DNA of 58,819 bases, filler included, from Dirinaria sp. TL-2023a (Eukaryota), in assembly GCA_051941275.1 (NCBI GenBank). It is 7 parts of 7 records of this genome, joined end to end, with 100 filler letters (N's around TTAATTAATTAA, not from the genome) between each part and the next. Parts side by side here need not be neighbours in the genome. Positions count along the whole stretch, not along the records: positions 33,717 to 42,020 come from JAVEBF010001203.1; positions 42,121 to 50,422 come from JAVEBF010001204.1; 5 more parts are not named here. One strand, written 5' to 3'. Below are positions 36,218 to 48,641 of this stretch, piece after piece (position 1 is the stretch's first letter; each line of letters opens with the position of its first letter). The position numbers and the translations under genes were made by a program. The notes beneath the pieces are model-generated. The model did not search any database and was not told the origin of the DNA. It saw nothing but the letters and a program-made list of their open reading frames with translations.

Positions 36218-36384
36218 TATTGGTCAACCTTGTGGAATGTTCTTTTTTTTTTCCCAAGGCTCTCACTCGCTTCGACGAATACGACAACAGCCCGATCTCT
36301 CTTGCATCGTCTTGGGAATGGTTTTGCGGCAAAGCCTAAACTTACGACAACACTAAACCCCTCAGAGTAGGCCCCTATCTCGAC

Positions 36385-38156
36385 ATGGCAATGTCTTCAT
36401 CTCCGCCTCCACCTCTGGAACAGTCCCGCTCTACCGGACCAGACTCGGACTCAGAGTGGGAGTACGAGTATTCTCCTACTGAAACCGAAGTGTGACTGTT
36501 CATCCTTCCTCTAATCGATCTTGCTGACAGTACTAGACTTTCTACGTGACGCTCGACGTGACAACGCATTCTTCATCGTTGGGACGACTCCTGAAGAAGC
36601 GAATCCCCTACGAGAAGAGAAAATCTAAGGCTGTTAACGCAATTGCCGACGCTCAAGAAAACGGAGACGAGACAGAGGCACCCGTAGTGCCTCTGGAGCA
36701 TGACGGACTTCAGCTGGAGGCTGCTTCTCCAGCGCAAGGAGAAAGTCCAGCGAAAGTTCAGATACTTGAATTACATAGCGAGAATCCTTTAATATCGTAC
36801 CAAGGAAGGGTCTATAGCTGTACTTGGAGCAAACCTCTCGGAACGGACGTTCTTCTCAAAGTCCCGTCATCTGTATTACAAGGTGATCTACGAGATGACA
36901 CAGACGAAGTGTCACCGATTGTAGCATGGTCAGATCTCAGGCTGATGGCAAAGCCTGTAGAACTAGTGCCCTATAATGAGAATAGAGCGAGTAAGGACAA
37001 TGTTCTCGCAGACGGCACTCATATGGCTAGTACGATCACCTCAATGAACAAGGATGAAAGCACAGAACAAGCGAGTTCCACATTGCAACCATCAGTACAA
37101 ACACGGGAGCCTCCCCTCTCTCCTCGCTCACCACACCGTATTGCAACACCTGATTCACCCGATCGGCGGTCGACATCTACAGATCGACGGCTAACAGACC
37201 AAGCAACAACGCCGTCCTGTCCGCAGCCTTCCGGACCCACGCCGAATAACAAAGAAAACACTGAAAACCATCAAGAAACCCAATCGCAGCGAATTCTAGC
37301 GCCAACGCCATCTCCTAAATCTTTATCTGATTCAGCCAGAACGAGTACAGTTCCAAATGCGCCATCGGTGAGCCAAGAAGTTGTAATTCCAGCTACATCT
37401 GCGCAGCCTCAACAATCAAACCCTCCATCGAGTTCGCCTTCCCAGCCGTTCGTACAGCTCTCCAATACCAACAACACAGTCTTGAGAGAGTTGTCCCCCA
37501 AAGATCAAGTCAGTATCCCGCTCGCTGACTATAATTCCGTACCTCGTCGAAACCAGGCATCCTTCCTTTCTCGCCTAATTGCAGCGAAGCGCTCCCGTGG
37601 TGAGACCGACGATGTGACTATATACGCGAAGAAGTCTTACTATGGAAGTAGCTGGCGAACGCAGCAGCGAGCTACAAAAGAGAGAGAAGCCAGCGGAGTG
37701 ACGTTGGTGGAAGAAGATATGAATGGCAACGGCGATAGCGGGAGCAGTAACGAGCACGGGGTGCCTATGTCGTCGTTACAGCGCCAAGCTAGAGGCAGAG
37801 TACGAAGAGTCGGTTTCACTGAAAATGGGAAGAAAATAGGAAGACCAAGGACGGAAGCATTCGGAAGCGGAAGAGGCCGAGGACGTGGGAGAGGTAGGCC
37901 CAGAATCTCTCGCGGCGGACGAGGGGGCGGAAACGCTGGGGCAGGCAATGGATTCCGTAGAGCGGAAACCACAGCAGCTCGGGAAGTGCAGGCTATGGAG
38001 GCTAGCCCCGGCGCAAGCCCAAATAGATCTGATGGAAGATCGCTCAATGTTCAAGAGCCGGGCATTCCAGCGGGCAACAACGCGCAAGCGCTGTCAGAAG
38101 TTGAAGGAAGGACAGCAGACCAGCCAACCACGCTTGATAATTTGAATCAGGAATGA
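36385..38156 (+). CDS. TFIIIC triple-barrel (TFIIIC_sub6-like) domain protein with disordered, AT-hook/RGG-containing tail
   Basis: SEWEYEYSPTETE/TFYVTLD (intron 36490-36536), VQILELHSENPLISYQGRVYSCTW...GTD; GRPR motifs near the C-terminus. Confidence 0.75.
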
Positions 38157-38369
38157 ACGAAAAGGAAGAGAGAGAAGCCAACCGTCCGATCAGAGTGCGT
38201 TGGATTTACGGGTTTGTCCGGAACACAGCTTGTTCTATCACCCAGTTCCATACCAAATGCAAGGTAAGGCCATCCATTAGACTCCAGCCAACGCTGCAGT
38301 CCGGATCAAGAACGATATCAAGCAAACCGAATCTCCCCATATACACTGGCTACGTTGCGAAGTGATATC

Positions 38370-39320
38370 TTATCGAGCTTTTCTACCTACTACACACGTG
38401 AACGGATTATCGATATACGATCCATTTTTGAACGCTTCATTCAGTTGCACGATCCACTCTTTTAGAGCTTCCACGCGCTCTACGCCTAGCAATTTGACAT
38501 CTGCAGCCGTATCTTCTAGTCCTGCCAGCAGACTCTGGGACCAGATATGGCGATATCGCTTCAACATTGGAATTCGATCGATGGCGATCACCTCGAGTCC
38601 TTGTTCACGATATGCCTCTGGAAGCCTTTCGACCCAGTCATAAGTGCTGGTGGGTTTTGGCTTATGCGACAGCGTTGCGTAACGGTCGACAGCTGGATCA
38701 CCGCAGTCTGGCGAGGGGTGCACCGCTTTCGCAGAAAGCGGCAAGGGCTCGAACCACTGAAGACGCCCACCCGGCTTTAGCAGCGAAACGAGATTCTTGA
38801 GAAAGTCTGCTGCATCTGGATCGTTCACCAGACAGAGCCAGAAGCGCGCATGAACGACATCATACGAGCCAAGGAACTCGTGAGGAAACGGTTTAAAGCA
38901 GTCGTGGACATGGAGATGTACGTTGCTGGGCCTTGATTGTGCCGGTGCAAATTGGTCCGCCGAGATATCAAAGCCATCAATTCTGACGGTATCCGGCAGC
39001 TCAGCGGCAACTTCCAGGGCCCAGATACTTTTTGGCACCTGGTTGTCAGCGAAAGCGCAGATCTACAGATCCGTTGACATGCTACACATACGTTGTGCCA
39101 GTACCGACGTCGGCAATACGGAGGTTCGGGTTCCTCGCTGGGATTCTGGGATGGATCAGGTAACCTGCGAGCTCCTTCATTAACCAATGATTGTAGTTGA
39201 GGCTTGCAAGCTGCTGGTCAGCACTCGCATATAGACATGGAGATCATTTGCATACCGGATCGAAGATCGAAAGTCTCGGTTGAACATGTAAAGTTCACGT
39301 TCTGCTTCGTTAGAGGCCAT
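38370..39320 (-). CDS. Class I SAM-dependent methyltransferase (LaeA-like family)
   Basis: RLNYNHWL, LRIADVGTGT/IWA, IDGFDIS, YDVVHAR, LLKPGG.LQWFE; two introns; ATG at 39320. Confidence 0.88.
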
Positions 39321-39996
39321 GTCTGTGGGGAAGATTTCAGCCTTTTCGATGGCTTGCAGCTGGTTGTCATTGACGACAGCGAGGAAGCACGAGCAGCAGA
39401 GGGTGTAGAGACACTAAGGTAGTGCCGGACATCAAATTCGCATAAGTAAATCTGCATTCGCCAAGTCTGCCTCTATCTAAGACATGCCGGGTTAGATTGT
39501 CCCATGGGTTGGATCACCAATTTTCCAAGGGCATGGAAATGGTCCCAGGTCTAGTGGGTAGACTCTCATAGACTCTCATAGACTCCCGTCTACTGCAAGG
39601 TAGATCAAGCGGGATCGATGGTGCTTCGTCGCCGCGTCGGGTGAACTTTGCGGGTCTGGCCGTCTCGGATTAAATACCGATATTCCCGATCGATACATTA
39701 TACATTGTATCTTCTTTGTCAGCAGGGTTTCTAAGCAACATTTACACATGAGAATGTGACACACCTTCCTCATATATTGGTTGTTCCCCTTTTTTTTTGA
39801 AGGTTGCTCGACAGCTCTTCGAGTGCTTTAGCCCTGTCCTGGAACCTTTTGCGAATTGGCGTTCCACCCTCTGAGAGTTGTGGGTACCATAGCCTTGAAA
39901 TCCTTGCCTGTCATCTGCGTAAGAGAAGTAGTGGGATAGGTTTGATATATAAGTTGAATCATTCAAGTCTTTCTCAGCGTGCAGCAAATATCTAAA

Positions 39997-41304
39997 ATGG
40001 CCGAAACAATGCGCGCTGTCGGTTCGCCTGACCCTCTCTCACTTCGTCACCACCAAGTCCAGATGTTCAATTACATACAGATATCAAGCCTACCGAGGGC
40101 CCCGCACCAGCCACGGCGCTCTGGATCAATGACCAAACGCCGAAACCGAAGCCGAAACCCGCAGATGCACTCGTGAAGGTCAAAGCTTTCGGAGTCAACC
40201 GAATGGATATAATGCAAAGAATGGGTAACTACCGTGTCCCACCACAGGCCCCGAGTACTCTCGGCGTAGAGTTCGCGGGAGTTATCGAAGGTTTTGGCGG
40301 GGACGAGGCGAAGGGGTTCAAAGTTGGTGATGAGGTCTTTGGGCTGGCGTATGGGGGTGGGTTTCCTCCATCACATGCATCCGCAATGCGTTGCTTCTCC
40401 CGCCCTGTTTAGATCCATATCACTTTCGACGACCATGTTTCTTGCATACGAAATTAGACTGAAGGTAGGAGCTAACCGGCGTAAAAGGCGCATATGCCGA
40501 GTATATTGCAGTATCAACTCATATGCTTCTTCACAAGCCGGAGTATCTGTCATGGGAGGAAGCAGCAGGCATACCTGAGGTATCATAATTTGCATCCTGA
40601 ACTCCAGCCTCCGCTCTAAGCACTCATCAGACGAAAGCATCATGCTAATTGGATTCCGCTATTGATATCTTCCTTAGACATGGATAACAGCCACCCAAGC
40701 TCTCTATCTCGTCGGTGAATTCTCAAAGGGCAAATCCATCCTCTGGCACGCCGGCGCCTCCTCTGTCTCCATTGCCGGCATCCAGCTCTCCAAAGCCGCC
40801 GGCGCCTCCGCCGTCTACGTGACCGCAGGAAGCCAGGCCAAAATCGATTTCTGCACCAAGGAGCTCGGCGCCACGGCCGGCTTCAACTACCGCACGCAGA
40901 AGTGGCCCGAGGAGATCCTCAAAGCCACCGGGGGCAAGGGAGTCGACATCATCGTCGACTTTATCGGCGCCAGCTATTTCCAGGGCAATCTGGACGCCGC
41001 GGGGAGGGATTGCAGGATCGTGCATCTCGGGATCATGGGCGGGACGAAGTTGGAGCCGGGGGTGGACATCAGCGCTTTCCTCTGGAAGAGGGTCCGGTTC
41101 GAGGGCAGTAGTCTGCGGAGCCGAGACGTGACGTATCAGGGCAAGTTACGGGATACGTTGGCGGAGCACGCCATGCCGCGGTTTGCGGATGGGAGGTTCA
41201 AGATCGTGGTGGATAAGGTCCTCGACTGGGAGAAGATCGTCGAGGCGCACCAGCTGATGGAGAGCAATACTATCCAGGGGAAGATTATCTGCACAATTAA
41301 CTGA
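39997..41304 (+). CDS. NADPH:quinone oxidoreductase, PIG3-like (MDR superfamily)
   Basis: VKVKAFGVNRMD, LGVEFAG, GDEVFGLAYGG/AYAEY, ILWHAGASSV, GVDIIVDFIG, MESNTIQGKII; three introns. Confidence 0.92.
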
Positions 41305-42020
41305 ACACCGTGCCAGAGAAGGAAAGGGCTCGATCAAGATTGGGAAAGAAAAGGAACCGGAATGAGAGAGTACTTCACATATTTCTTCGCATCATCTAGG
41401 CATGACTTCTGGGGATATAGGATCTACCTTATTAGTTCGTCGCAGTCTACAGAAACTTTATGTTTCTACTAAAAATCTTCCATGCATGCTGGGGATGGAT
41501 TTCAAAAAAAAAAAAAAAAAAAAAAAGGTCGGCCAACTGTATTAGAAAGCCCCCAAACCCTTCTACTAAGCTCTAGCACAGCTAAAGTAGCATACCTTAC
41601 CTATGTACCTTACCTTATGTGTCTTTCCTCATTCCTTTACCTCCCTAGGTAGGTACCTCCCACGATCCAAGCTTTAATCCTCAATACCTACCTTATCTTA
41701 TCTCATCCTAAATAACCCTACTCTACCAAAAACCACCTCTCAAAAAAAATGAGGTAAGATACTAAAGAACAGGGATTCCTACCTACCTTAGGTCACTAGG
41801 TAGAGTTCGTTGGGGGGTAGAAGTATTGATTAATTTTTTTTTTTTGAGGCCTGGGCCATTTTAACTAGAGAAATGCTTAGGAAATAACTAAGCGTTTTTG
41901 AGCAAGAAGCAGGGGCAGTTGATATTGTCTCTGTTTAATTGTACTAGGTAAGGTAGTATGAATAAAGTAAAGTAAAGTACTAAAAGCTAACAGATGGATT
42001 CGTATGTGTGTGTTTGGGGG

Positions 42021-42120
42021 NNNNNNNNNNNNNNNNNNNNNNNNNNNNNNNNNNNNNNNNNNNNTTAATTAATTAANNNNNNNNNNNNNNNNNNNNNNNN
42101 NNNNNNNNNNNNNNNNNNNN
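42021..42120. other. Artificial contig spacer
   Basis: N44-TTAATTAATTAA-N44. Confidence 0.99.
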
Positions 42121-42452
42121 GCCTCGGCATCCAGCTGACAGCGCCTTGGCTGTATCTTGCAACGGCTAGTCAAAATTTTACACTGCGAAACCGTCCGGTT
42201 TCAAGCTCCCTTATTTTAAGCATGCGAAAATACCCACGCCCCTAACCTTAGACACCAAAGCGTCTTGCAGTCGGTGAGGAAAATCTTTGCTACAACCCTG
42301 CTATATATATTGCGAATCATGAGCGTCACACCACCCTCCTCACTCACTTTTCATTTCATCTATCATCGATATCTCTCTAACGTCTCACTTCCTTAGAGAT
42401 ACGCTTTCAAAGTTATTTTTGAGTGGTCTACTATTTCGCATATCAATCCTCT

Positions 42453-42702
42453 GATGTCAAATACCCCTCACTTATCGATCTTTTATTAGGTTTAGGGTTA
42501 TTGATCTTTTTTCACCACATGATCCACCATCATGTCATTTTAATATCATCTACTGCTCCTCACTGTATTATTTGCATCTTTTAAGGGAGAAATTCCAAAT
42601 AATTCATGATGCTGAAAAGACAGTGGTATAAGTAGGGTAGTGAAAAGATGACCTTGATCCTAATCTTAATCGAAGCTCGATAAGTAAGGGGTATTCGACA
42701 TC
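42453..42702. repeat. Degenerate long inverted repeat (foldback/MITE-like)
   Basis: GATGTCAAATACCCCTCACTTATCGA (42453-42478) matches the reverse complement of 42677-42702 at 24/26; weaker complementarity continues inward. Confidence 0.65.
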
Positions 42703-42880
42703 CCAAGATATAAATCAGTAGCAAATTCAAGAATTGGAATGGAAAAAAAGGGCAAAGACTAGTACTAGACTGTCTCGTTACTTCGGAAATCAGGCGCTCG
42801 CGGCTTGAGCTGATTCGACTAGGGCTGTGACAGGGTTATTTAACTTTTCAAGTCATCTTTTACTTATCTTATGTTATGAA

Positions 42881-43473
42881 AGAAATGAGTCTGATTGGCC
42901 GCGCTGAATGCACTCTGAACACTGCGCTGTTGGAAAACCACGCTAGTTCGCCAGACGACGCTAACTACCTACATATGCATAAAGAGCCTTATGAATGCCC
43001 GACGCTAAAATCTAACAAAAATCGACTTTGCAACTCTTTCGTACAGGACACCCTTGGTCACCAGCCCTTCAGTCTATGTGCTAACAAATTCATCAACATT
43101 CCACGTTGCAAATATAATAATCTCCTACATAGAACTTCTTTTTCTTGAAGACCATGGTTACACTACTGGATGAAACTTTCTTTCCCAGGCACCGATTCTC
43201 GTGCGAAAAGCTTCGCGCTTAAAAAAAAAAACAAGGTTACAAATCATTCTCTAACGTAACACTCGCTTTATGGTCACAGATCAAGAGGCAAATTTTGCTC
43301 TACTCTACTGCTTTTGCGGAAAAAGCATGGAATGTTCGAATACATACTTCTTCTTCTAGGTTTGCGACAGGGTTAGTCAGAGAGGTGTTCCGTCACAGCA
43401 GAAACGAGTCTGATTGGCCACGCGGAATGCACTCTGAACGCTGCGCTGTTGGAAAACCACGCTAGTTCGCCAG
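42881..43473. repeat. Pair of 74-bp direct repeats (42881-42954, 43400-43473)
   Basis: AGAAA(T/C)GAGTCTGATTGGCC...GGAAAACCACGCTAGTTCGCCAG; 4 mismatches in 74. Confidence 0.9.
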
Positions 43474-43927
43474 TGTCTGCTTATCGTGCTATGTTGATGA
43501 GTTGTTAAGAGACACGCTACAGTAGTAGTAAGGTAAGGTACCTTACCTTAGGTTTGCAAAGACAAAGCTAAGCCCAATTGGGACAAACATCTTGTAACCT
43601 AAGAGCCGCATACGCAAAATCCGTTATAATATGCACAGTCATCAGAGTGAGGTTTACACGTGATAAAAGCCGCTTGGTTGCTTGCTCATCGGTTTAAGGG
43701 ATTACTTGTTGGATTGGATTGATGGGGAGAAGGAATTGATTTTTGATGGAAGGATGGAATGTCAGAGTGCAGGCTGTGGGAGAGCAAGGCTTTCATGGAA
43801 TGATGGAACATGGCAAGATCTTAGGTTTCGATATCATTATATCCAGCACGGCCAGAATCGCTGAGGATAGGTATTACTCTACTAACACTTATAAAAAAGA
43901 TTTTGATAGTACTATATATTATATATT

Positions 43928-44993
43928 TCAATTACTCGTCGACACTCTCGACTCCATGAACAGCGCCCGGTAAACCTTCCACCATCTTCTCCACCCTCTG
44001 ACTGGTGGCCGCGAACCTAAGAGCGCCTCTTCCTTGCCAGATAATGTGGCATCGTAAGCGTCCTCTGATGTACCATCCGCCATGGAAGCCTTCTTCCGTC
44101 GCCGAAGATAGATCATCGTCACGACTGCTATTACCATCAGGACAGCTCCTACGGAAACCGCAATACCAATGATGGCACCGCTCGATGGGCCTGTGGAGGG
44201 AGCTGGAGCTTGCCCACTTCCCACTGAAGGGGTCGCGATAGGAACCGTTGTAGGAGAAACCGTTGGTGGGGGAGTGCCTTCTGATCGAGTTGTACTTGTT
44301 GTACTTGGTTCGGCAGTACTGAACCCGACATCTCCTGTACTAGCTGTAATCGCACTGCTGAAGCTGAGGGCGCTGCTGGAGCTGGAATGTCGTTTTGTAG
44401 TTGCCACAGTACCAGTCAGTCTGGCCGTGAAGAGCGAGGTGACTTGGCTTTGAAAGGCTAGATTTTCGTTGCCGAGGACACGGCCACAGAACGAAGGGAC
44501 GTTGTCTGTCGCCTGACAAGGCACTCAAGTTAGCTCTGCTTGCTACCTTTAGCTTGTCAGACGGCGGTACGCTTACCTGGGTGCAAAGTGACAACATTGC
44601 AGCCTGATTGGCAATCCTGGCCTCCTCTAGTGCTTGCCTAGTGAGAGTGTTTGCCGTCTTTGCAACATTGAGCGACTGCACGGCGAAGACGCCAAATGCA
44701 ATAGCGGCCACAATCCCAATAACTTGCAGAATAAGGTTGATGAAGAATTCCCCTGGAGGCGGGGAGAGAATTGCATTTGTGATCGGATGATGGGGTTGAG
44801 TAGCTGCCGCAAAGGCTTGCTCTTCTTTCGTCGTGGATGGTTCCGCAGAGCGTGTAGAGTTCGAATGGCTGTGTCTTTGGCGCAGACTATCTGTGAGATT
44901 TGACACCGACGTCGCCTCAGCCGAAGTGACTGCTTCTTGAGCAGTGTTGGGCGATATGATCTCTGTAGGTGGACTTGAAATTGCTGAAGTCAT
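43928..44993 (-). CDS. Membrane protein with TM, Cys-containing linker, Ser/Thr-rich stalk and second TM (Mid2/Wsc-like tail)
   Basis: FFINLILQVIGIVAAIAFGVFAV; intron ~44513-44577; S/T/P-rich region; GAIIGIAVSVGAVLMVIAVVTMIYLRRRKK. Confidence 0.65.
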
Positions 44994-45325
44994 TCTGCCC
45001 TCGCTCGCTCATGTCTCGGTCGTCAACTGTCCGTTGCGTCTCCCGCGGCGGCAGTACTTTTATGATGGGGCGAGGCAGTAACACTGAATGCAACTTGAAA
45101 GGGGGCATTTTGATTGCGCTGCAGATAGTGGCAAATAGTAGTGAGCTGAGCTGTTCCACAGAGGGTCGAGGCCTCGGACGACGCGGCTACATGCTGAAGA
45201 ATGGTGTGACTACGGTCTAGACTTTCCCAAAGCGGTGCCAAGCCAATATCACGTACTTGCTCAGCCCTCCATATCTACAGTACCACATTACACAAGAATT
45301 CAATTGATGGATATCACAGTCGGTC

Positions 45326-46495
45326 ATGGATGACGATTTCGGCGATGAAGCCGATTTCACTGCGGCTGTCCAAGCTCTTGAGCGAACACATTCTGCACCC
45401 AAACCTTCAACCTCCAGCACCTCCACAGCAAAAGTGCAACAACCTAAGCCTCAAACCCTACCCAACCGTGCGGCTCCCTCGTCCATCCTCGTCTCCACGC
45501 GCCAGAAAGGCAACCCGATTCTGAACTCCATTCGGTCTCTACCATGGGAGTACTCCGATGTTCCCTCCGACTTTGTTCTCGGTAATACGACGTGCGCCTT
45601 CTTTCTCAGTCTCAAATACCACCGCCTGCATCCTGAGTATATCTATTCTCGCATCCGGGCTTTGGGTGGAAAATATAATCTGAGGATCCTTCTTACAATG
45701 GTGGATATCCAGAACCACGAGGAATCCCTGAAAGAGCTGTCGAAGACGAGTTTGGTCAACAACCTCACGCTGATACTATGCTGGTCAGCGCAAGAGGCTG
45801 GAAGGTATCTGGAGCTGTATAAGAGCTATGAACATGCAAGCCCAGCGTCGATCAAAGCACATCAGGCTACCAGTTATTCAGAGAAGCTGGTGGAATTTAT
45901 TACAGTGCCAAGGAGTATCAATAAGACAGACGCGCTAGGGCTAGTAGGGAATTTTGGAACTATCAAGAGCGCGGTGAATGCGAGGCCGGAAGAGATTGGA
46001 ATGATTGCTGGATGGGGTGAAAAGAAAGTGCAGAGGTGGTGTCAAAGCGTAAGGGAGCCCTTCAGATTGCGAAAGGCAGCAAAAAGAGGCATTGAGAGGC
46101 AGGACACCAGTCGTTCAATTGGGCTTCCGAGGGAAGAGAGCTCAATGGGCTTGAGGAGGGATGATAGCCTTTTTGATGAGGTCGAAGACGAAGATGGAAC
46201 AAGGCTCACAGCTGCGGAGTCTCCTCGCGCTCGAGCGACAAGCATTCCACCTAGCACAGTACCGGAAGAGAGAAATACGCTATTAAAAAGGACCGCGAAC
46301 CAAGTACCTCTTTGGCAACCAGGAGAGGACGAGGAGGAAGCGATGTTGATTGCTGCTGCTGAGGCAGATGGCCCCAATACGAAACCACAGTTCGCATCTG
46401 AAGCTTCTGAGAAGGAGCAATCCCAACAGCATGCGAGTAAGGATGTGATGAACGAAGGTATGGTGGCAGCACTGGCTAAACTAAGGGAGCAATAA
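45326..46495 (+). CDS. RAD10: ERCC1/Rad10/Swi10 excision-repair protein
   Basis: SILVSTRQKGNPIL, FLSLKYHRLHPEYIYSRI, LCWSAQEAGRYLELYK, HhH region GWGEKKV; intronless. Confidence 0.95.
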   Translation: MDDDFGDEADFTAAVQALERTHSAPKPSTSSTSTAKVQQPKPQTLPNRAAPSSILVSTRQKGNPILNSIRSLPWEYSDVPSDFVLGNTTCAFFLSLKYHRLHPEYIYSRIRALGGKYNLRILLTMVDIQNHEESLKELSKTSLVNNLTLILCWSAQEAGRYLELYKSYEHASPASIKAHQATSYSEKLVEFITVPRSINKTDALGLVGNFGTIKSAVNARPEEIGMIAGWGEKKVQRWCQSVREPFRLRKAAKRGIERQDTSRSIGLPREESSMGLRRDDSLFDEVEDEDGTRLTAAESPRARATSIPPSTVPEERNTLLKRTANQVPLWQPGEDEEEAMLIAAAEADGPNTKPQFASEASEKEQSQQHASKDVMNEGMVAALAKLREQ

Positions 46496-47204
46496 TAGCA
46501 AGGCTGTACGAGCAAGCAAGCGAGAGCTATAATTCGTCAGTCTACAAAGATCCGCCCATGACAGTTTAAGCATGCCACTTGCTTTGAACGGTATGTCTTC
46601 ATCCGCATTTGCTGTATTCTGCTAATGATTTAGCAAGGTATGACATAAGACTACTAAAATTCATGAACGAGAATTCCACTTGTGATGAAAAAGAAACATT
46701 TACATTTTCCTCTTTCGTGCAAAATGTTGCAACATGGCATTGCGCGAGCTATTTGGCGTGGATCTAACCTTGTCTACACCGAGGTACGGAGGTCGCACAC
46801 CACTAGGTCCTGACTAGCGAGATCAAGACCAATAGTGCGACTGATTAGAGCCATCCGGGAGACAGCCTAAGCTTATCACTCAAACGAGACAATTCGCCAC
46901 CTCTCATCCACCTGTATAACCAAATCGCCCCCATGGCCACCTGGACGACCCAGCGACGGTATTCATCGCGCTAGCCAGGGTTTAGTGTCTGTACCTCCGT
47001 ACTTGACCCTGCATCCCGATCCCGAGCCGCTCAATATCGTCATGCTGCAGGTCGCTCACCGAACCTAAGCCCGAGAGACATGGCTTTGCGCTGCCTATAT
47101 ATCTTCATTATAGTACTCTTCTCTTAAAGCGAGGTTGCACCTCTTCAAGGTCGAACCACTGGTGACCCTTACTCTTATAGCCAGATCTCAATTGAACAGC
47201 AGTC

Positions 47205-48361
47205 ATGGGCGAGCTTCCCCGATCCCTTCGAGAATCGGTTGACAGCTCCAAGGCAGAATACCGTCAGCTTGGCAAAAGCGGCTTACGAGTATCCGTGCCC
47301 ATCTTGGGAGCAATGAGCTTCGGAAACTCGGGCTGGATGGATTGGCTCCTTAGCGAAGACAAGGCACTCCCGATTCTTAAAGCAGCTTATGACCGAGGGC
47401 TCAACACATGGGACACGGCCAATGTGTACTCGAACGGCGAATCCGAAAGGATCATTGGGAAAGCGATCAGAGAATACAATATCCCGCGGCAGAAGGTAGT
47501 TATTCTCAGCAAGTGCTGGGGCTGCGTGGCCGAGGAGCCAGGCATTCGTACCAGTCTTGCGGACATTGGCCGACAGCTGCCCTACAGCAAGGATTATGTT
47601 AACCAATTTGGTATATGATTGGAGATGAATACTGGGAAAACACTACTAACTTGTGTCGATAAATGGGCCTCTCCCGCCAAGCCATCCTCACCGCCGTCGA
47701 GGCCTCCCTCGCCCGCCTGCAGACCACTTACCTTGATCTCCTGCAAATCCACCGTTTCGACGCCTCTGTGCCCATTGAAGAAACGATGCAAACCCTGCAC
47801 GACCTCGTCCGGTCTGGGAAAGTTCGCTACATTGGCGCCAGCAGTATGTGGACGTATCAATTTGCAATGATGCAATTCTGCGCTAAGAAGCACGGTTGGA
47901 CGAAGTTTATCAGCATGCAGAATCATTATAGCTTGCTTTATCGAGAGGAAGAAAGGGAGATGAATCGATATTGCAGCGAGTCCGGCGTAGGTCTCATTCC
48001 ATGGGCTCCTCTCGCTCGCGGCCATCTCGCGCGCCCGCGCTCGTCCTTTGGTAGCACCAACAGATCTGCAGGCGAAAAATCCGCTCCTCTCAATCCAGCC
48101 ATGGTATATCCTCCTCCTATAACGGAAGTAGATACCGTTATCATCGGGCACGTGGAGGAAATTGCTAGAAAGAGAGGATGGACAATGAGCCAAGTAGCGC
48201 TCGCGTGGATCAACTCGAAAGTAACTAGTCCAATCATTGGCTTCAGTAGTGTGGATAGAATAGAGGAAGCCCTAGCCAGTAGGGGCAAGGTTCTTGATGA
48301 GGAGGAAATCAAATTGCTGCAGGAGCCGTATGTGACCAGGCCAGTCAGCGGACATCTGTAG
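47205..48361 (+). CDS. Aldo-keto reductase (aryl-alcohol dehydrogenase-like); intron acceptor appears mutated
   Basis: LGKSGLRVS...[59 protein letters not shown]; intron 47611-47666 ends in GG. Confidence 0.88.
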
Positions 48362-48641
48362 CGGCTGTGGAAAAGAGGCGAGAGAGCCGACTAGGCTCAA
48401 GAGCTGGAACTCAACACACATTCTATAAAGATACGAGCCTCGTATTCGTTGCTTCGGTTTCCAGTTCGTTTCCGCCCAACCAAGGCTATTTTGTTCTCTC
48501 CTTCCTCGCTAGCACTTTTCCAGTACGAACGCCGAACCGTTTGCTTCTATCGTTTCTAAGAATTCAGACGTGAAATTTTCTTCGCACACGTGGATCCTAT
48601 ATGCTTCCTTGATGTTTACACCGACTCTAGCCATAGAAACC

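Noticed and set aside
38370..41304. Methyltransferase plus quinone reductase as a secondary-metabolite cluster
   Set aside because: No backbone enzyme, transporter or cluster regulator on this contig.
42239..42500. CCCTAA/TTAGGG hexamers as telomeric repeats
   Set aside because: Isolated single copies, not arrays.
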